IMG/VR virus record: IMGVR_UViG_3300034013_000676
Coordinates: 1 to 64,000 of that record
DNA length: 64,000 nucleotides
Direction: 5' to 3' (one strand)
DNA from: a virus
Below are positions 7,147 to 17,151 of the stretch, one piece after another. The notes under the pieces were generated by a model that searched no databases, had not been told where the DNA came from, and saw nothing but the letters and a program-made list of their open reading frames with translations. A program made the translations under genes and the position numbers. Every line of letters starts with the position of its first letter. Within the stretch, counting starts at the first letter, position 1.

Positions 7147-7878
7147 ATGGAAGAAATTAGGAAACAACAGTTATTAAGCTTAGGGAAATATTCTATAATG
7201 GCTTTAATTACTCTATCAATATTATTATTGTACAGAGAATGTGGGAGAGATCAAGGTTTATTACCCGCTCAAAAGGAATTTATTGATAATGTTATCACAG
7301 ATACAAGTTACAAGGAAAAATATCAAGCCTTAAAAAAGTTATATGATATTAAAGCAAAACCTTCTAAGGTAATTATTTATGACACTGTTTATATCCCAAC
7401 TATAAAATGGGTTAGTTATAATACCGGAGATGACAATGTTATTATAACTCCAACTGGGCCTGATTCTACCGAGATATTATATGACACAAGGTTTCTAACA
7501 CTTTACCCTACAGCATCAAAATTATTGGAGTTTGATTTAAAGAAGGATTTATTGGTTATCAATACACTGGGTACTAATGGTGAACTATCCTCAAGGACTT
7601 ATCCCTTATTATTAGACAATATGAATTACCAATGGTATGATAATGAATTACACCGCTCTCCTTTCACCCCTCTTAAAAGTAAATTTAAAGATAATATAAG
7701 GTATAAAGGATTATACACTAATGCTGGCTACGACCTATTTAGTAGTAGACCTAACTTAGGTATAGAATATAATTTAGAAATTTATAGATTTAAACTAGAC
7801 GGCGAAATAAACACTACTTTCCAAAACACAAATCCTTTAGAGGCTAAAGTAAAGATCGGATATAGGTTATTCAAATAG
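7147..7878 (+). CDS. membrane-anchored protein, possibly spanin-like
   Basis: N-terminal transmembrane helix; C-terminal amphipathic beta-strands ending KVKIGYRLFK. Confidence 0.55.
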   Translation: MEEIRKQQLLSLGKYSIMALITLSILLLYRECGRDQGLLPAQKEFIDNVITDTSYKEKYQALKKLYDIKAKPSKVIIYDTVYIPTIKWVSYNTGDDNVIITPTGPDSTEILYDTRFLTLYPTASKLLEFDLKKDLLVINTLGTNGELSSRTYPLLLDNMNYQWYDNELHRSPFTPLKSKFKDNIRYKGLYTNAGYDLFSSRPNLGIEYNLEIYRFKLDGEINTTFQNTNPLEAKVKIGYRLFK

Positions 7879-7881
7879 ATT

Positions 7882-9381
7882 ATGGCAAAACAAGATTTTT
7901 ATAAAGGCTCTCTAAGTAGGCAGGAATTAGAAAACGTAATCAAGGCATCAAAAGACGTTTTCTTTTTTGCGATGTTTATATATGTGATACACCCCATTAT
8001 GGGTAAAACACAATTTAAACTTTATCCCTACCAACTATCAGTATTAAAATGTTTTATAACTCAGAGATTTAATATAATCCTTAAATTCAGGCAGGCGGGA
8101 GTAACTGAGTTAATATCCATGTATTGTTTATGGTTAGCAATGTTTCATCCCAATAAGAACATTGTAATTATATCTATTAAAGACCGTGTAGCTAAGAAAG
8201 TATTAAGGAAGATTAAATACATGTACAAGAATCTACCAGATTATATGAAGGTAGATATTGTAAATGGTAGAACTGGAGAATTCGGTACAGCCCAGGAGAT
8301 GGAGTTTTCCAATGGTTCAACTATATCTTCTATCCCAACAACAGAAGATGCGGGTAGATCAGAGGCTGTATCATTATTAGTAATTGATGAGGCAGCAATC
8401 GTAAGATGGGCTAACCAGATTTGGGCAGCTGCCTTCCCTACATTATCAACGGGAGGTTCTGCTATTGTAAACTCAACACCTTATGGGGTTGGGAATTGGT
8501 ATCATAAACAATGGGTAGATTCTATTTCAAATGGTAATGATTTCTTTCCTATTAGGTTATATTGGAAAATGCATCCTGAAAGGGATGATAAGTGGTACAT
8601 GCAAATGAGGGAATCACTGGGAGCTAGAAGAACAGCCCAGGAAATTGATGGAGATTTCTTAACCTCCGGTAACTCAGTATTTGACTTAGTACAGATAAAA
8701 GCAATAGAAGATATGTTAGGAGAATACCCTATGATATCAAGTAGATATAACAATGCCTTACGTATATTCAACCAACCAGAAGAAGACTTAAAATATTTCA
8801 TTGGGGCGGATATAGCTACGGGTAGGTCACGAGATTATTCTGCCTTTAGTATAATGGATAGGTACGGCGAGGAAGTAGCCTGTTTCAAAGGTAGGATGCC
8901 GGTAGATCAATTTGCTGATGTATTAATAGAGATGGGTTATAAATATAACAATGCATTAATAGCACCAGAAACCAATGATATTGGTTTAGCAGTTACATCA
9001 AGGCTTCAAACTCAAAATTATCCTAACCTTTATTATTCTACCCGTATCCTTAAAAAGAAAGGAAGTAAGAAAGCTCAAGTAGAAGATATACCAGGTTGGT
9101 TAACCACTTCAAAGAGTAGACCGGTAATGATTGACCAACTTGAGGAAGACCTTAGGAATGAGGAAGTTGAAATAAAAGACCCATTCTTTGTACAGGAAGC
9201 CTATACCTTTATATATGATGAATCCAATAGGCCAGTAGCTTTAGGAAAAAACAGAAGGTCTTCACAAGGTGAAGATGAACTAGAAGATGAATCATATACC
9301 GATGATGCTATCATGGCAAAAGCAATAACCAATTTCATAAGAAAGGCACCTTTAAGAGGTCCTATAATCCCCCCACAGTAA
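7882..9381 (+). CDS. terL: terminase large subunit
   Basis: LYPYQ, Walker A KFRQAGVT, Walker B LLVIDEAA, STP coupling motif, nuclease IGADIATG..DYS and DDAIMA. Confidence 0.95.
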   Translation: MAKQDFYKGSLSRQELENVIKASKDVFFFAMFIYVIHPIMGKTQFKLYPYQLSVLKCFITQRFNIILKFRQAGVTELISMYCLWLAMFHPNKNIVIISIKDRVAKKVLRKIKYMYKNLPDYMKVDIVNGRTGEFGTAQEMEFSNGSTISSIPTTEDAGRSEAVSLLVIDEAAIVRWANQIWAAAFPTLSTGGSAIVNSTPYGVGNWYHKQWVDSISNGNDFFPIRLYWKMHPERDDKWYMQMRESLGARRTAQEIDGDFLTSGNSVFDLVQIKAIEDMLGEYPMISSRYNNALRIFNQPEEDLKYFIGADIATGRSRDYSAFSIMDRYGEEVACFKGRMPVDQFADVLIEMGYKYNNALIAPETNDIGLAVTSRLQTQNYPNLYYSTRILKKKGSKKAQVEDIPGWLTTSKSRPVMIDQLEEDLRNEEVEIKDPFFVQEAYTFIYDESNRPVALGKNRRSSQGEDELEDESYTDDAIMAKAITNFIRKAPLRGPIIPPQ

Positions 9382-10943
9382 TGGCTCAAGCAAAAAACTT
9401 TTTTATGAGAACCTTTGATAGGTTAATGAGTAAACAATTAGAGATTAGTTCTACACCTTCACCGGATGTAGAACTTGTCGATGATAGAGATAATTTAGTT
9501 ACCAAAGAAGTTCCCATTAGAGGCGGTACAAGTAAACCTGTTCCACCAGGTAGAGTATCCAGACCAGAATATGAGAAAGATGATTTCACCAGGATATTAA
9601 ATGATTCAGACTTTGTAACTCCAGAGTTTATGTTGGACGTAATTCCCGGGATTAGAAGATTATCAAAAATAAATGAGGATTTGGGTTCTGTATATAATGA
9701 CTTAATCCAATTGACAAATACTGGCCATAATATTAAATTTGACCAAAGCATTGGACCAGAGAAAATAACCCAGATGAAAAAACACCTTAAGAGGGTTTCA
9801 AAGAATTGGGGTTCCGGGGTAGCTGGTATTAATGGGTTAGTTAATAAGATGGTAGGCCAAGTTTGGATATCCGGTGCTTTATCAAATGAGTGGGTTCCTA
9901 ATAAAGACTTAACTGGTATACAGAATAGTGTATTAGTTAATCCTGAAAATATTAGATTCAAATATAATCGAGCACTAGCTAGGTATGAGCCATACCAGAA
10001 AGTAAAAGGTATCATATTAGATGTAACCAAAAATAATTTGGTACAATTAAACCCCGCAACCTATTCCTATTATGGTATACTGGGTGATACAGATTCCCCT
10101 TATGGTATCCCACCTTTCATGACAGCATTAGAAGCCTTATCTACACAGGCCTTCATGAAAAAGAATATAAAACATATAATGAAACAATTGGGTATCTTAG
10201 GTTACCTACAAGTAAAGGTCGATAAACCACAACAAAGGGGTAATGAAAGCGAACCTAATTTCATAACCCGATTGGAAGGTTTACTTAAGAGAACCAAACA
10301 AAATGTAATTGATGGATTTGCTGATGGTGTAGTAGTGGGGTATGAAGGTGACCATGAATTTGAGTTTCATTCCACAACAAAAAACTTATCTGGAGTAGAT
10401 GCTATATATAATCAAAATCAGGTTCAGTTAGCAAATGGTTTAAAAACCAGTCCTTCATTTATAGGACAAGCTGGCGGGGGTACTGAGCAAAACATGAGTA
10501 TAGTATTTACAAAGATGCTTTCACAGTTAGCTAACGTACAGGAACTCATCATAGCTGAATTAGAGAAAGGTTATTTATTAGAATTAAACCTTGCTGGTTA
10601 TCCAATAACATCAGACCAGATAGATGTAGTATTTAAAGCTTCAACTATTACCGACGACCTTAAAATGTGGCAGGCTAAGGAAATTAAACAAAGGGTATTA
10701 CATAACTTAGCAGTAGATGGTATTATAGGCCAGGACCAATATGCTGAGGAAATGACATACGATAAACCCGCTTCTAAAACTCCAGTAGTACCATATAAGG
10801 AACAGGCGGGTAAAGGAGCTACTCCAGCTAATGCAGAGGGTAAACAGAAAAGGGAAAAGGACAAAGATACGTCAGATAGACGTAATAGGGATAGGAACAA
10901 AAAACAAACAAAAAGAAAAGACACTAACACTAAACCACAATAA
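9381..10943 (+). CDS. portal protein
   Basis: Follows terL; 520 aa; PYGIPP motif; charged C-terminal tail. Confidence 0.85.
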   Translation: MAQAKNFFMRTFDRLMSKQLEISSTPSPDVELVDDRDNLVTKEVPIRGGTSKPVPPGRVSRPEYEKDDFTRILNDSDFVTPEFMLDVIPGIRRLSKINEDLGSVYNDLIQLTNTGHNIKFDQSIGPEKITQMKKHLKRVSKNWGSGVAGINGLVNKMVGQVWISGALSNEWVPNKDLTGIQNSVLVNPENIRFKYNRALARYEPYQKVKGIILDVTKNNLVQLNPATYSYYGILGDTDSPYGIPPFMTALEALSTQAFMKKNIKHIMKQLGILGYLQVKVDKPQQRGNESEPNFITRLEGLLKRTKQNVIDGFADGVVVGYEGDHEFEFHSTTKNLSGVDAIYNQNQVQLANGLKTSPSFIGQAGGGTEQNMSIVFTKMLSQLANVQELIIAELEKGYLLELNLAGYPITSDQIDVVFKASTITDDLKMWQAKEIKQRVLHNLAVDGIIGQDQYAEEMTYDKPASKTPVVPYKEQAGKGATPANAEGKQKREKDKDTSDRRNRDRNKKQTKRKDTNTKPQ

Positions 10944-10944
10944 G

Positions 10945-12384
10945 ATGGAAATAAACCTTTCTAATAGAACTGGTATCATTACATTGGGATCACGACATTC
11001 TATGTTAATGGGAAACAAACCAGAAAAAGTTACACCGACAATGGTTTTAGAATCCTTTGAGAGAAGCAAACATGAGTTTGAGAAATTTGGGTTATTTGAA
11101 ACAGCTACCCCAAACTATACGACTTATTATCCCGATGTTACTCCCGAGGACCTAAAACCATCTGAAGGTGATTTTATATACCCAATCTTTAGAGCCCTAT
11201 CAGCAACTACTGTATGGAAAGGTTTTAAACCCATTGACTTCTCTAAACCCGGTGTTCTTAAAGCGGCTATGAATTTACTAGTAGGTCAAACTATTAATGC
11301 CGACCATGAAACAGCACTAGGTAATGCGATGGGTACTGTAAGGTCTGTATTTTGGCAGGAGGAAACAACTAAGAATGGTACTAAGATACCTCCAGGTATT
11401 AATGCTGAATTTATGATTGATGGTAAATCCAATCCTCGTATCGCAAGGGGGATTCAGATGAACCCACCTTCTATACATTCAAATTCTGTATCGGTAAGAT
11501 TTGCTTGGGAGCCTTCTCATAAAATGAAAAATGATGAGGACTTTTATGCTAAATTAGGAACCCGAGATGAGAAAGGTAATTTCTATCGATTAGTAGTAAC
11601 TGAGGTAATGCAATTCTCAGAAACAAGTTTAGTATCCCACGGAGCAGATGCTTTTGCTCAAAAAATTGGTGATGATGGTATGATAGTAAATCCAACCTAT
11701 GCGGCTGGTGTATATACCTTTAGCGATAAAGATAAGGAAAATAAAGGTATAGGTTTCTCAGCAGTATTAGATTACAAAGACGAAGCCACTTTTAGCTTAT
11801 CGGCAATACCCGAAAATCTTAATAATAATAACCCAGAAAAACCCAAGAAAATGGATGTAATTGAAATCTTAGAGAAAGCTCTAAATTTAGAAGCTGGTAC
11901 AGTAACCGAAGAAAACCTTACGGCTAAAGTATCAGAGGTATTAACTTCGGCCAAGGAAGCAGCTATTGCTCAAAAGGAAACCGAGGTAGAAAAACTTAAA
12001 GGTGAAAAAATCGAATTGGAAACCAAATTGCAGGCAGCTAAACTCTTTGAAGACAATGCAAAGAAGTTTGAGATTAGGTTAACTGAGGAAAGAACAGCAG
12101 CTGTTGCAACCTACAAGAAATTGAAAGGTGATACTGCTGACCCAGCAATTGTTACGATGATTGAGAACCAGGATTTCGAAAGTGTTAAAGCACTACATAA
12201 ATCTTACCAATCCGATTTGGAAGCAAAATTCCCAACCAAATGTACTTCATGTGGTAAAACTCAATTATCGAGAGGGAGCGCAAATCCAGAAGAGGGTGAA
12301 GAGGAATTCGCCGGTACCGGAAAGGTAAGAACCAATGCTGAGGCAAGAGCATTCCTTCAGAAGAAAAAACGAGAACAAAAATAA
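10945..12384 (+). CDS. prohead protease/scaffold fusion
   Basis: Between portal and capsid; NADHE, SNSVSV and ETSLVSHGAD protease-like motifs; C-terminal coiled coil; ATG at 10945 preferred over 10831. Confidence 0.75.
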   Translation: MEINLSNRTGIITLGSRHSMLMGNKPEKVTPTMVLESFERSKHEFEKFGLFETATPNYTTYYPDVTPEDLKPSEGDFIYPIFRALSATTVWKGFKPIDFSKPGVLKAAMNLLVGQTINADHETALGNAMGTVRSVFWQEETTKNGTKIPPGINAEFMIDGKSNPRIARGIQMNPPSIHSNSVSVRFAWEPSHKMKNDEDFYAKLGTRDEKGNFYRLVVTEVMQFSETSLVSHGADAFAQKIGDDGMIVNPTYAAGVYTFSDKDKENKGIGFSAVLDYKDEATFSLSAIPENLNNNNPEKPKKMDVIEILEKALNLEAGTVTEENLTAKVSEVLTSAKEAAIAQKETEVEKLKGEKIELETKLQAAKLFEDNAKKFEIRLTEERTAAVATYKKLKGDTADPAIVTMIENQDFESVKALHKSYQSDLEAKFPTKCTSCGKTQLSRGSANPEEGEEEFAGTGKVRTNAEARAFLQKKKREQK

Positions 12385-12414
12385 AATTATAAATCTTTCT
12401 AAAATAACTTAGAT

Positions 12415-12849
12415 ATGGCATTAACTAAATTTGGTGGTAAATCCAAAACAATTTACCTAAACGATGTAGAGGCTCACAAGCTTCACTTAGAGTTTGAAGT
12501 GGGAGCGGCGGTAACGGTTAAAAAAGGACAACCAGTAGTACTAAACAGTGATGGTACTATCCGCCCTGTAAATGCAGCTCTAGGAGCAGATGCTGCAGCT
12601 ATTATTGGATATTCTATCCACAATGGCGAAGTCGGTGAATTGGTAACCGTGGGTATGAGAGCTTTCGCAGTAGTTTATGCTGAAGCGGGAGCAGTTAACC
12701 AAAACGCGGGAATTGTATTTGCTACTAACGTAGCTCCAACAGACCCCGACATGGTAAGGTGGGTATCAGCAGCAGCAGGTACAATGCATGGTTGGGCTTT
12801 AGACCAATCAGTAGCAGTTGGTGACATCATCAGAGTAGCGGTAATTTAA
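12415..12849 (+). CDS. capsid decoration/cement protein
   Basis: Small Ala/Gly/Val-rich beta protein (VKKGQPVVL...GDIIRV) immediately before the capsid gene. Confidence 0.75.
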   Translation: MALTKFGGKSKTIYLNDVEAHKLHLEFEVGAAVTVKKGQPVVLNSDGTIRPVNAALGADAAAIIGYSIHNGEVGELVTVGMRAFAVVYAEAGAVNQNAGIVFATNVAPTDPDMVRWVSAAAGTMHGWALDQSVAVGDIIRVAVI

Positions 12850-12879
12850 TTATTAATAAGTTTAAAAAACAATATAAAC

Positions 12880-13995
12880 ATGAACTTAACTAAATACGAA
12901 GCTTCCCAGTTTTCAAAATCTAAGGGAGCACCAATCAAAGAATTGGCAACGTTGGCAGAACAGATTAGAAACGACAAAGATAATCCTACTGAGGTAGATT
13001 TTTCTGAGGTTATTGAATCTAAATATGAGGGTTTTAACTTCGACAGTATGTTGGAGGACCTTGGAATCGACACAGCAGTAGATTCAATCGCTGCTATCCA
13101 GAATCTACCGGATATGGACACACGTTGGATTATCCCTGAGATTATCAGAAAAGCAATCAGAACTGGCTTACGTAACGCACCAATCTGGCCAAGCATCACA
13201 GCATCTGAGAGTTCAGTTTCTCAAAGAAGTGTTACTATGCCTTTTATCAATATGTCCGATGCCGCTCCTAAATATGTAGGCGAAGCAGAAACCATCGCAA
13301 TGGGTTCAATCAGCTACGGGGAGAAAGAAGTAAAAATCCGTAAGATGGGTAGAGGTATCAAAATCTCTTATGAGGTTTTACAATACGTATCAATTGATGT
13401 AATCGCGATTTTCTTCGAAGACTTCGGGGTAAAACTTGGACAAGCATTGGATGTATTAGCAATCGATGTATTGATGAATGGAGACCAGGCAGATGGTTCT
13501 GCATCAGCCCCAGTAATTGGGGTAGCTACAACCGGTGATGTAGTATACAAGGATTTCCTTAGACCTTGGGTACGTGGAGCTCGTATGGGAAGAAACTTTA
13601 GTACCATCATCGGCGGAGAAGCTGCTGCAATGGATACGTTGGATTTACCAGAATTTAAAGCCAGAACACAAGGTACTACAGAAGCAACCTTGAATATGAA
13701 AACACCTGTACCAAAATCAGCAGATTATTACGTACACGGTAATGTACCGGATGACCAACAAATCTTAATCGATAAGCGATATGCTTTGGTTAAGTTGAAT
13801 GCAATTCCTTTAAACATTGAGTCTGAGAAAATCGTATCAAACCAAACCTTGCAATTCTTTGCAACCATCACAACTGGTTTCGCAAAATTATTCTTGGATG
13901 CCGCTATTATCTTGGATAAGGATTTAGCTTTTGCTTCAAACGGTTTCCCAGACTACATGGAAGTGGACAGCATGCTGGATGTGGTGATAAACTAA
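12880..13995 (+). CDS. major capsid protein (HK97 fold)
   Basis: 371 aa; YVGEAETI, KMGRGIKISYEVL; position; strong terminator after it. Confidence 0.9.
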   Translation: MNLTKYEASQFSKSKGAPIKELATLAEQIRNDKDNPTEVDFSEVIESKYEGFNFDSMLEDLGIDTAVDSIAAIQNLPDMDTRWIIPEIIRKAIRTGLRNAPIWPSITASESSVSQRSVTMPFINMSDAAPKYVGEAETIAMGSISYGEKEVKIRKMGRGIKISYEVLQYVSIDVIAIFFEDFGVKLGQALDVLAIDVLMNGDQADGSASAPVIGVATTGDVVYKDFLRPWVRGARMGRNFSTIIGGEAAAMDTLDLPEFKARTQGTTEATLNMKTPVPKSADYYVHGNVPDDQQILIDKRYALVKLNAIPLNIESEKIVSNQTLQFFATITTGFAKLFLDAAIILDKDLAFASNGFPDYMEVDSMLDVVIN

Positions 13996-14019
13996 TATCA
14001 TCTTTAATTCATAAATACC

Positions 14020-14060
14020 TAAGAAGCCTAAGTCAGTATACCTTAGGCTTCTTATTGTTT
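14020..14060 (+). terminator. intrinsic terminator after major capsid gene
   Basis: TAAGAAGCCTAAG / CTTAGGCTTCTTA perfect 13-bp stem. Confidence 0.85.
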
Positions 14061-14066
14061 CAAAGT

Positions 14067-14076
14067 GTACTATAAA
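14067..14076 (+). promoter_or_regulatory. RTACTATW putative phage promoter
   Basis: GTACTATAAA right after the terminator, 35 bp before ATG 14102. Confidence 0.6.
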
Positions 14077-14101
14077 ATTAAATAACTAAAAATTCATAAA
14101 A

Positions 14102-14500
14102 ATGGCAAATCCAAAGAAGTTTGTAAAATTAGGAGAATCGGCTAACAGTTTCTATGATGCCTCAACTGGCCTTAAATTAACTGTAAATCAATCAAAGGAA
14201 CTTAGCACTGCACAAGCTGCTTCAAAAAGAGTTAAGTCAGCCCTTAAGCATGGTCACTTAGAATATGCAGAAGAAGGAGAATTTGATAACGTCGAAGATA
14301 TCGATGTAGATGCTGAAGATGTAGATGCTGAGTATACTGAGGAAATCCTTAAGGGGAAAAACAAAGCGGCCTTAGTAGCAATATTGGAAACAATCCAAAA
14401 AGCTGAAGAGGAAGAAGACAGATTAACCGAAGCTGAAATGACAAAAATGTCTAAGCAAGAACTTATCGATGCAATCCTTGAGTCTTACGAAGCTGAGTAA
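14102..14500 (+). CDS. acidic protein with Rho-N/HeH-like C-terminal helices
   Basis: KNKAALVAIL and KMSKQELIDAIL helices. Confidence 0.7.
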   Translation: MANPKKFVKLGESANSFYDASTGLKLTVNQSKELSTAQAASKRVKSALKHGHLEYAEEGEFDNVEDIDVDAEDVDAEYTEEILKGKNKAALVAILETIQKAEEEEDRLTEAEMTKMSKQELIDAILESYEAE

Positions 14501-14522
14501 TTAAAGATTAAAAATTAGAGTT

Positions 14523-15392
14523 ATGCCATTACCAATAGTTAATTTCGGATATACAGCACAGGGACTAAGCATTAGCTTTGTGAACCTAACCATAGACCAA
14601 GAACCGGAAGCCATATATAATTGGTCATTTGGTGATGGTACAACTTCTAATGAACAGAACATAGTCCATACCTATGAATCATTTGGTATATATAATGTAT
14701 CACTATCAGTAACTAACACCGGGGAACCACCTGTAACACAAACACTTTTATTACACGTAGACCCAATATTAGATAGTAATATATTATTCGATATAATCAA
14801 ATTGGTTGACACCCATATACCACCGGGTTTAGAACCCGAACTAACAGTTCTAACTAGGAGGGATTTTCAAATAGTTAAGTGGCAACATTACTTACAACCA
14901 TTAGTATATGAACCATTTGAAGTATTAGTTGAAAATACCTATAAGGCAAGCCACTGGCCTCCCCTAGTAAATGTATTATTAGCTAAGTTAGTTGTTATGG
15001 ATATTTTAGAAATGAATGCCACTGACTTCTTAATGGGAACACTTAACGGAAAGGGTTCATCAGGAAGTGGTTCTAATACTTCCACCACTGGGGGAATTAA
15101 AAGTATAGAAACTGGCCCTACTAAAATTGAAAGATATGAAAATAAAGATGCTTCATCTTTCTCAGAAGCAAACTCCAATCTAAGTAAAAGTGTAAACAAT
15201 CTACTTAGACCAGGGGGATTAATAGACCAGATGAGAGCTGGAATTTGCCAGGATGCAGATAGAGTAAGAGTATACCTTCCCATGTGTGGTCCATTACCTG
15301 GAATTACAACAAACCCAATAGTTTCTAGAACACCGGGTTCTGGAAGTAGTCATAACGCAAATCCTTTTGGGATTACTAAAAGAATGTTATAA
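14523..15392 (+). CDS. PKD-domain head-tail adaptor
   Basis: YNWSFGDGTTS...HTYESFGIYNVSLSVTN PKD motif fused to an adaptor-like region (IKSIETGPTKIE). Confidence 0.75.
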   Translation: MPLPIVNFGYTAQGLSISFVNLTIDQEPEAIYNWSFGDGTTSNEQNIVHTYESFGIYNVSLSVTNTGEPPVTQTLLLHVDPILDSNILFDIIKLVDTHIPPGLEPELTVLTRRDFQIVKWQHYLQPLVYEPFEVLVENTYKASHWPPLVNVLLAKLVVMDILEMNATDFLMGTLNGKGSSGSGSNTSTTGGIKSIETGPTKIERYENKDASSFSEANSNLSKSVNNLLRPGGLIDQMRAGICQDADRVRVYLPMCGPLPGITTNPIVSRTPGSGSSHNANPFGITKRML

Positions 15393-15853
15393 TGGGATTT
15401 ATTACCGATCAAGAATGGGCTCAATACGCAGCGGAATTAAATGACTTCCATAACGATGCTTTTCAACAAAGCATTATATGGCATAGAAGTTTATTACGTA
15501 TAAGTAAGGATGGCGAAGATGATAACCCAAGTACATTACAACCTATAACTTTAAAATGCCTTATACAATATAATGATTTTAGATCATGGCCAATAACCAA
15601 GGATACTATCACTGGTGGATTAGATGCGGAGTCTATGTTAGTATTCTTAAACCTATCATACTTAGGTTCACTAGGTTATCTTAATGAGTTCGGACAATTT
15701 GAATATCAACCCGACCTAGATAAATTTGAAGTAAATGGTTTAATATACGTTGATAAGGGAAATTCTCAAACAGCCCAGGCTAAGGACCAACCCTTATTAC
15801 ATTTCTTAGTATTAAAACGAGAAGAACTAGAAACTTCTGAATCTGCTTATTAG
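15392..15853 (+). CDS. head closure/stopper protein (putative)
   Basis: Position, size and beta-rich pattern. Confidence 0.55.
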   Translation: MGFITDQEWAQYAAELNDFHNDAFQQSIIWHRSLLRISKDGEDDNPSTLQPITLKCLIQYNDFRSWPITKDTITGGLDAESMLVFLNLSYLGSLGYLNEFGQFEYQPDLDKFEVNGLIYVDKGNSQTAQAKDQPLLHFLVLKREELETSESAY

Positions 15854-16422
15854 TGGCAACTCAAAATATAAACGTAGGTAAAGGATTAAATCCTGAAATA
15901 GAACTATTTGGTGATTGGAATAAAGCATTAAGAATGTTTGACCAATTACCAGTAGCTGTGAATACGGGTTATGAGTTAGGAAGCGTAAGAGTTGCAAATG
16001 ATATTAGGAGAATAGTAAGAAAGAATATAAAAAGTAATGGACCCCCAGGGGTTCATTGGCCAGCTTTATCATTAGCTTACCAACAGTTTAAAAAGAGAAA
16101 AGGAGGTGATACTAATAAGATGTGGAACTTTAAAGGTACTTATTATAAGAACATTAAAGTGATACATAAAAAAGGGGCTATATATGTAGGAGTACCGGCT
16201 TACAAAAGAGGGACAGTACATAAAAGCAAAAACCTAACCTTAGGACAGATAGCTAATATACTCGAAAGAGGTTCAGCAGAGTCGGGTATTAGAGCTAGGC
16301 CTTTATGGAAACCCTCATTTAAAGAATTCGGAGGTAAACCTAAAACTCAGAAAGTAATAGTAAGAGCTATTAGAGATCACGTATTTTTACTAACAGGTGT
16401 AAGACCTAGAATAACTTTTTAA
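15853..16422 (+). CDS. neck/virion morphogenesis protein
   Basis: GTG start; WPALS, ILERGS..GIRARPLW motifs of HK97 gp10/Mu gpG-like proteins. Confidence 0.7.
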   Translation: MATQNINVGKGLNPEIELFGDWNKALRMFDQLPVAVNTGYELGSVRVANDIRRIVRKNIKSNGPPGVHWPALSLAYQQFKKRKGGDTNKMWNFKGTYYKNIKVIHKKGAIYVGVPAYKRGTVHKSKNLTLGQIANILERGSAESGIRARPLWKPSFKEFGGKPKTQKVIVRAIRDHVFLLTGVRPRITF

Positions 16423-16423
16423 T

Positions 16424-17095
16424 ATGTTAGCAGAAGAATTAATCCAATTAACAATATACCACTCTATAAGAGAGAAACTAGTAACTGATGGGTGGTTACC
16501 AGATATCCTTAATTATGATGTTGAGAACCCGGATATAGCTACAGCACAATTAGCAATAAAGGCTTACACAGATGCTATGAAAGCTATAAACCTTGAAAAG
16601 GGTTTTTGTATAGAGGTATTCCCTTTTTCATCAAGTGAAGCAAAGGGATTTAAGAAAGTACCCCGTATAGTTATAGACATCTTACAATTCCTCCCCGGAT
16701 TTATTGGTAATGATACTCAAATGACTTACGAGAGACAAGGGGAGTATTTCGTAAGGGTACAAAGTGAATCTTTATTATCAGACCTTGATTTCAATGTTTA
16801 TATAGTTGGTAATACAGCTAAACAAATAAGAGTGATGAATGATATAATTTCAAAGGTCCTACCTAAAAGGGGTTATATTAAAAGACATAATTCTGATTTC
16901 CTTACCAGTGGTAATTTATTCATTAAGTTAAATGATGCACAGAAAAGTGAAAATTTACCTGAGGGAATAATGGAAAGGGTTTTTAGATATGAGTTACCTG
17001 AAGTTCAGGACTTACCCGATACAATCTTAGCCGGATTAATATTACCAATAAAAGAATTTAACTTAGAGGTAAAAACAGATTCCCCTTTAAACTAA
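16424..17095 (+). CDS. tail terminator/completion protein (putative)
   Basis: Position immediately before the sheath gene. Confidence 0.55.
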   Translation: MLAEELIQLTIYHSIREKLVTDGWLPDILNYDVENPDIATAQLAIKAYTDAMKAINLEKGFCIEVFPFSSSEAKGFKKVPRIVIDILQFLPGFIGNDTQMTYERQGEYFVRVQSESLLSDLDFNVYIVGNTAKQIRVMNDIISKVLPKRGYIKRHNSDFLTSGNLFIKLNDAQKSENLPEGIMERVFRYELPEVQDLPDTILAGLILPIKEFNLEVKTDSPLN

Positions 17096-17151
17096 AAATA
17101 ACAAGCTCATATCATATAACTATAAATTAATCAATTAAATAAAAGAAAGAC

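Noticed and set aside
10831-10944. Long N-terminal extensions given by the ORF track (10831, 29953, 32652, 37969, 58369, 62209)
   Set aside because: They overlap upstream genes extensively; downstream ATGs at or near the upstream stop codons fit the genome's coupling pattern better.
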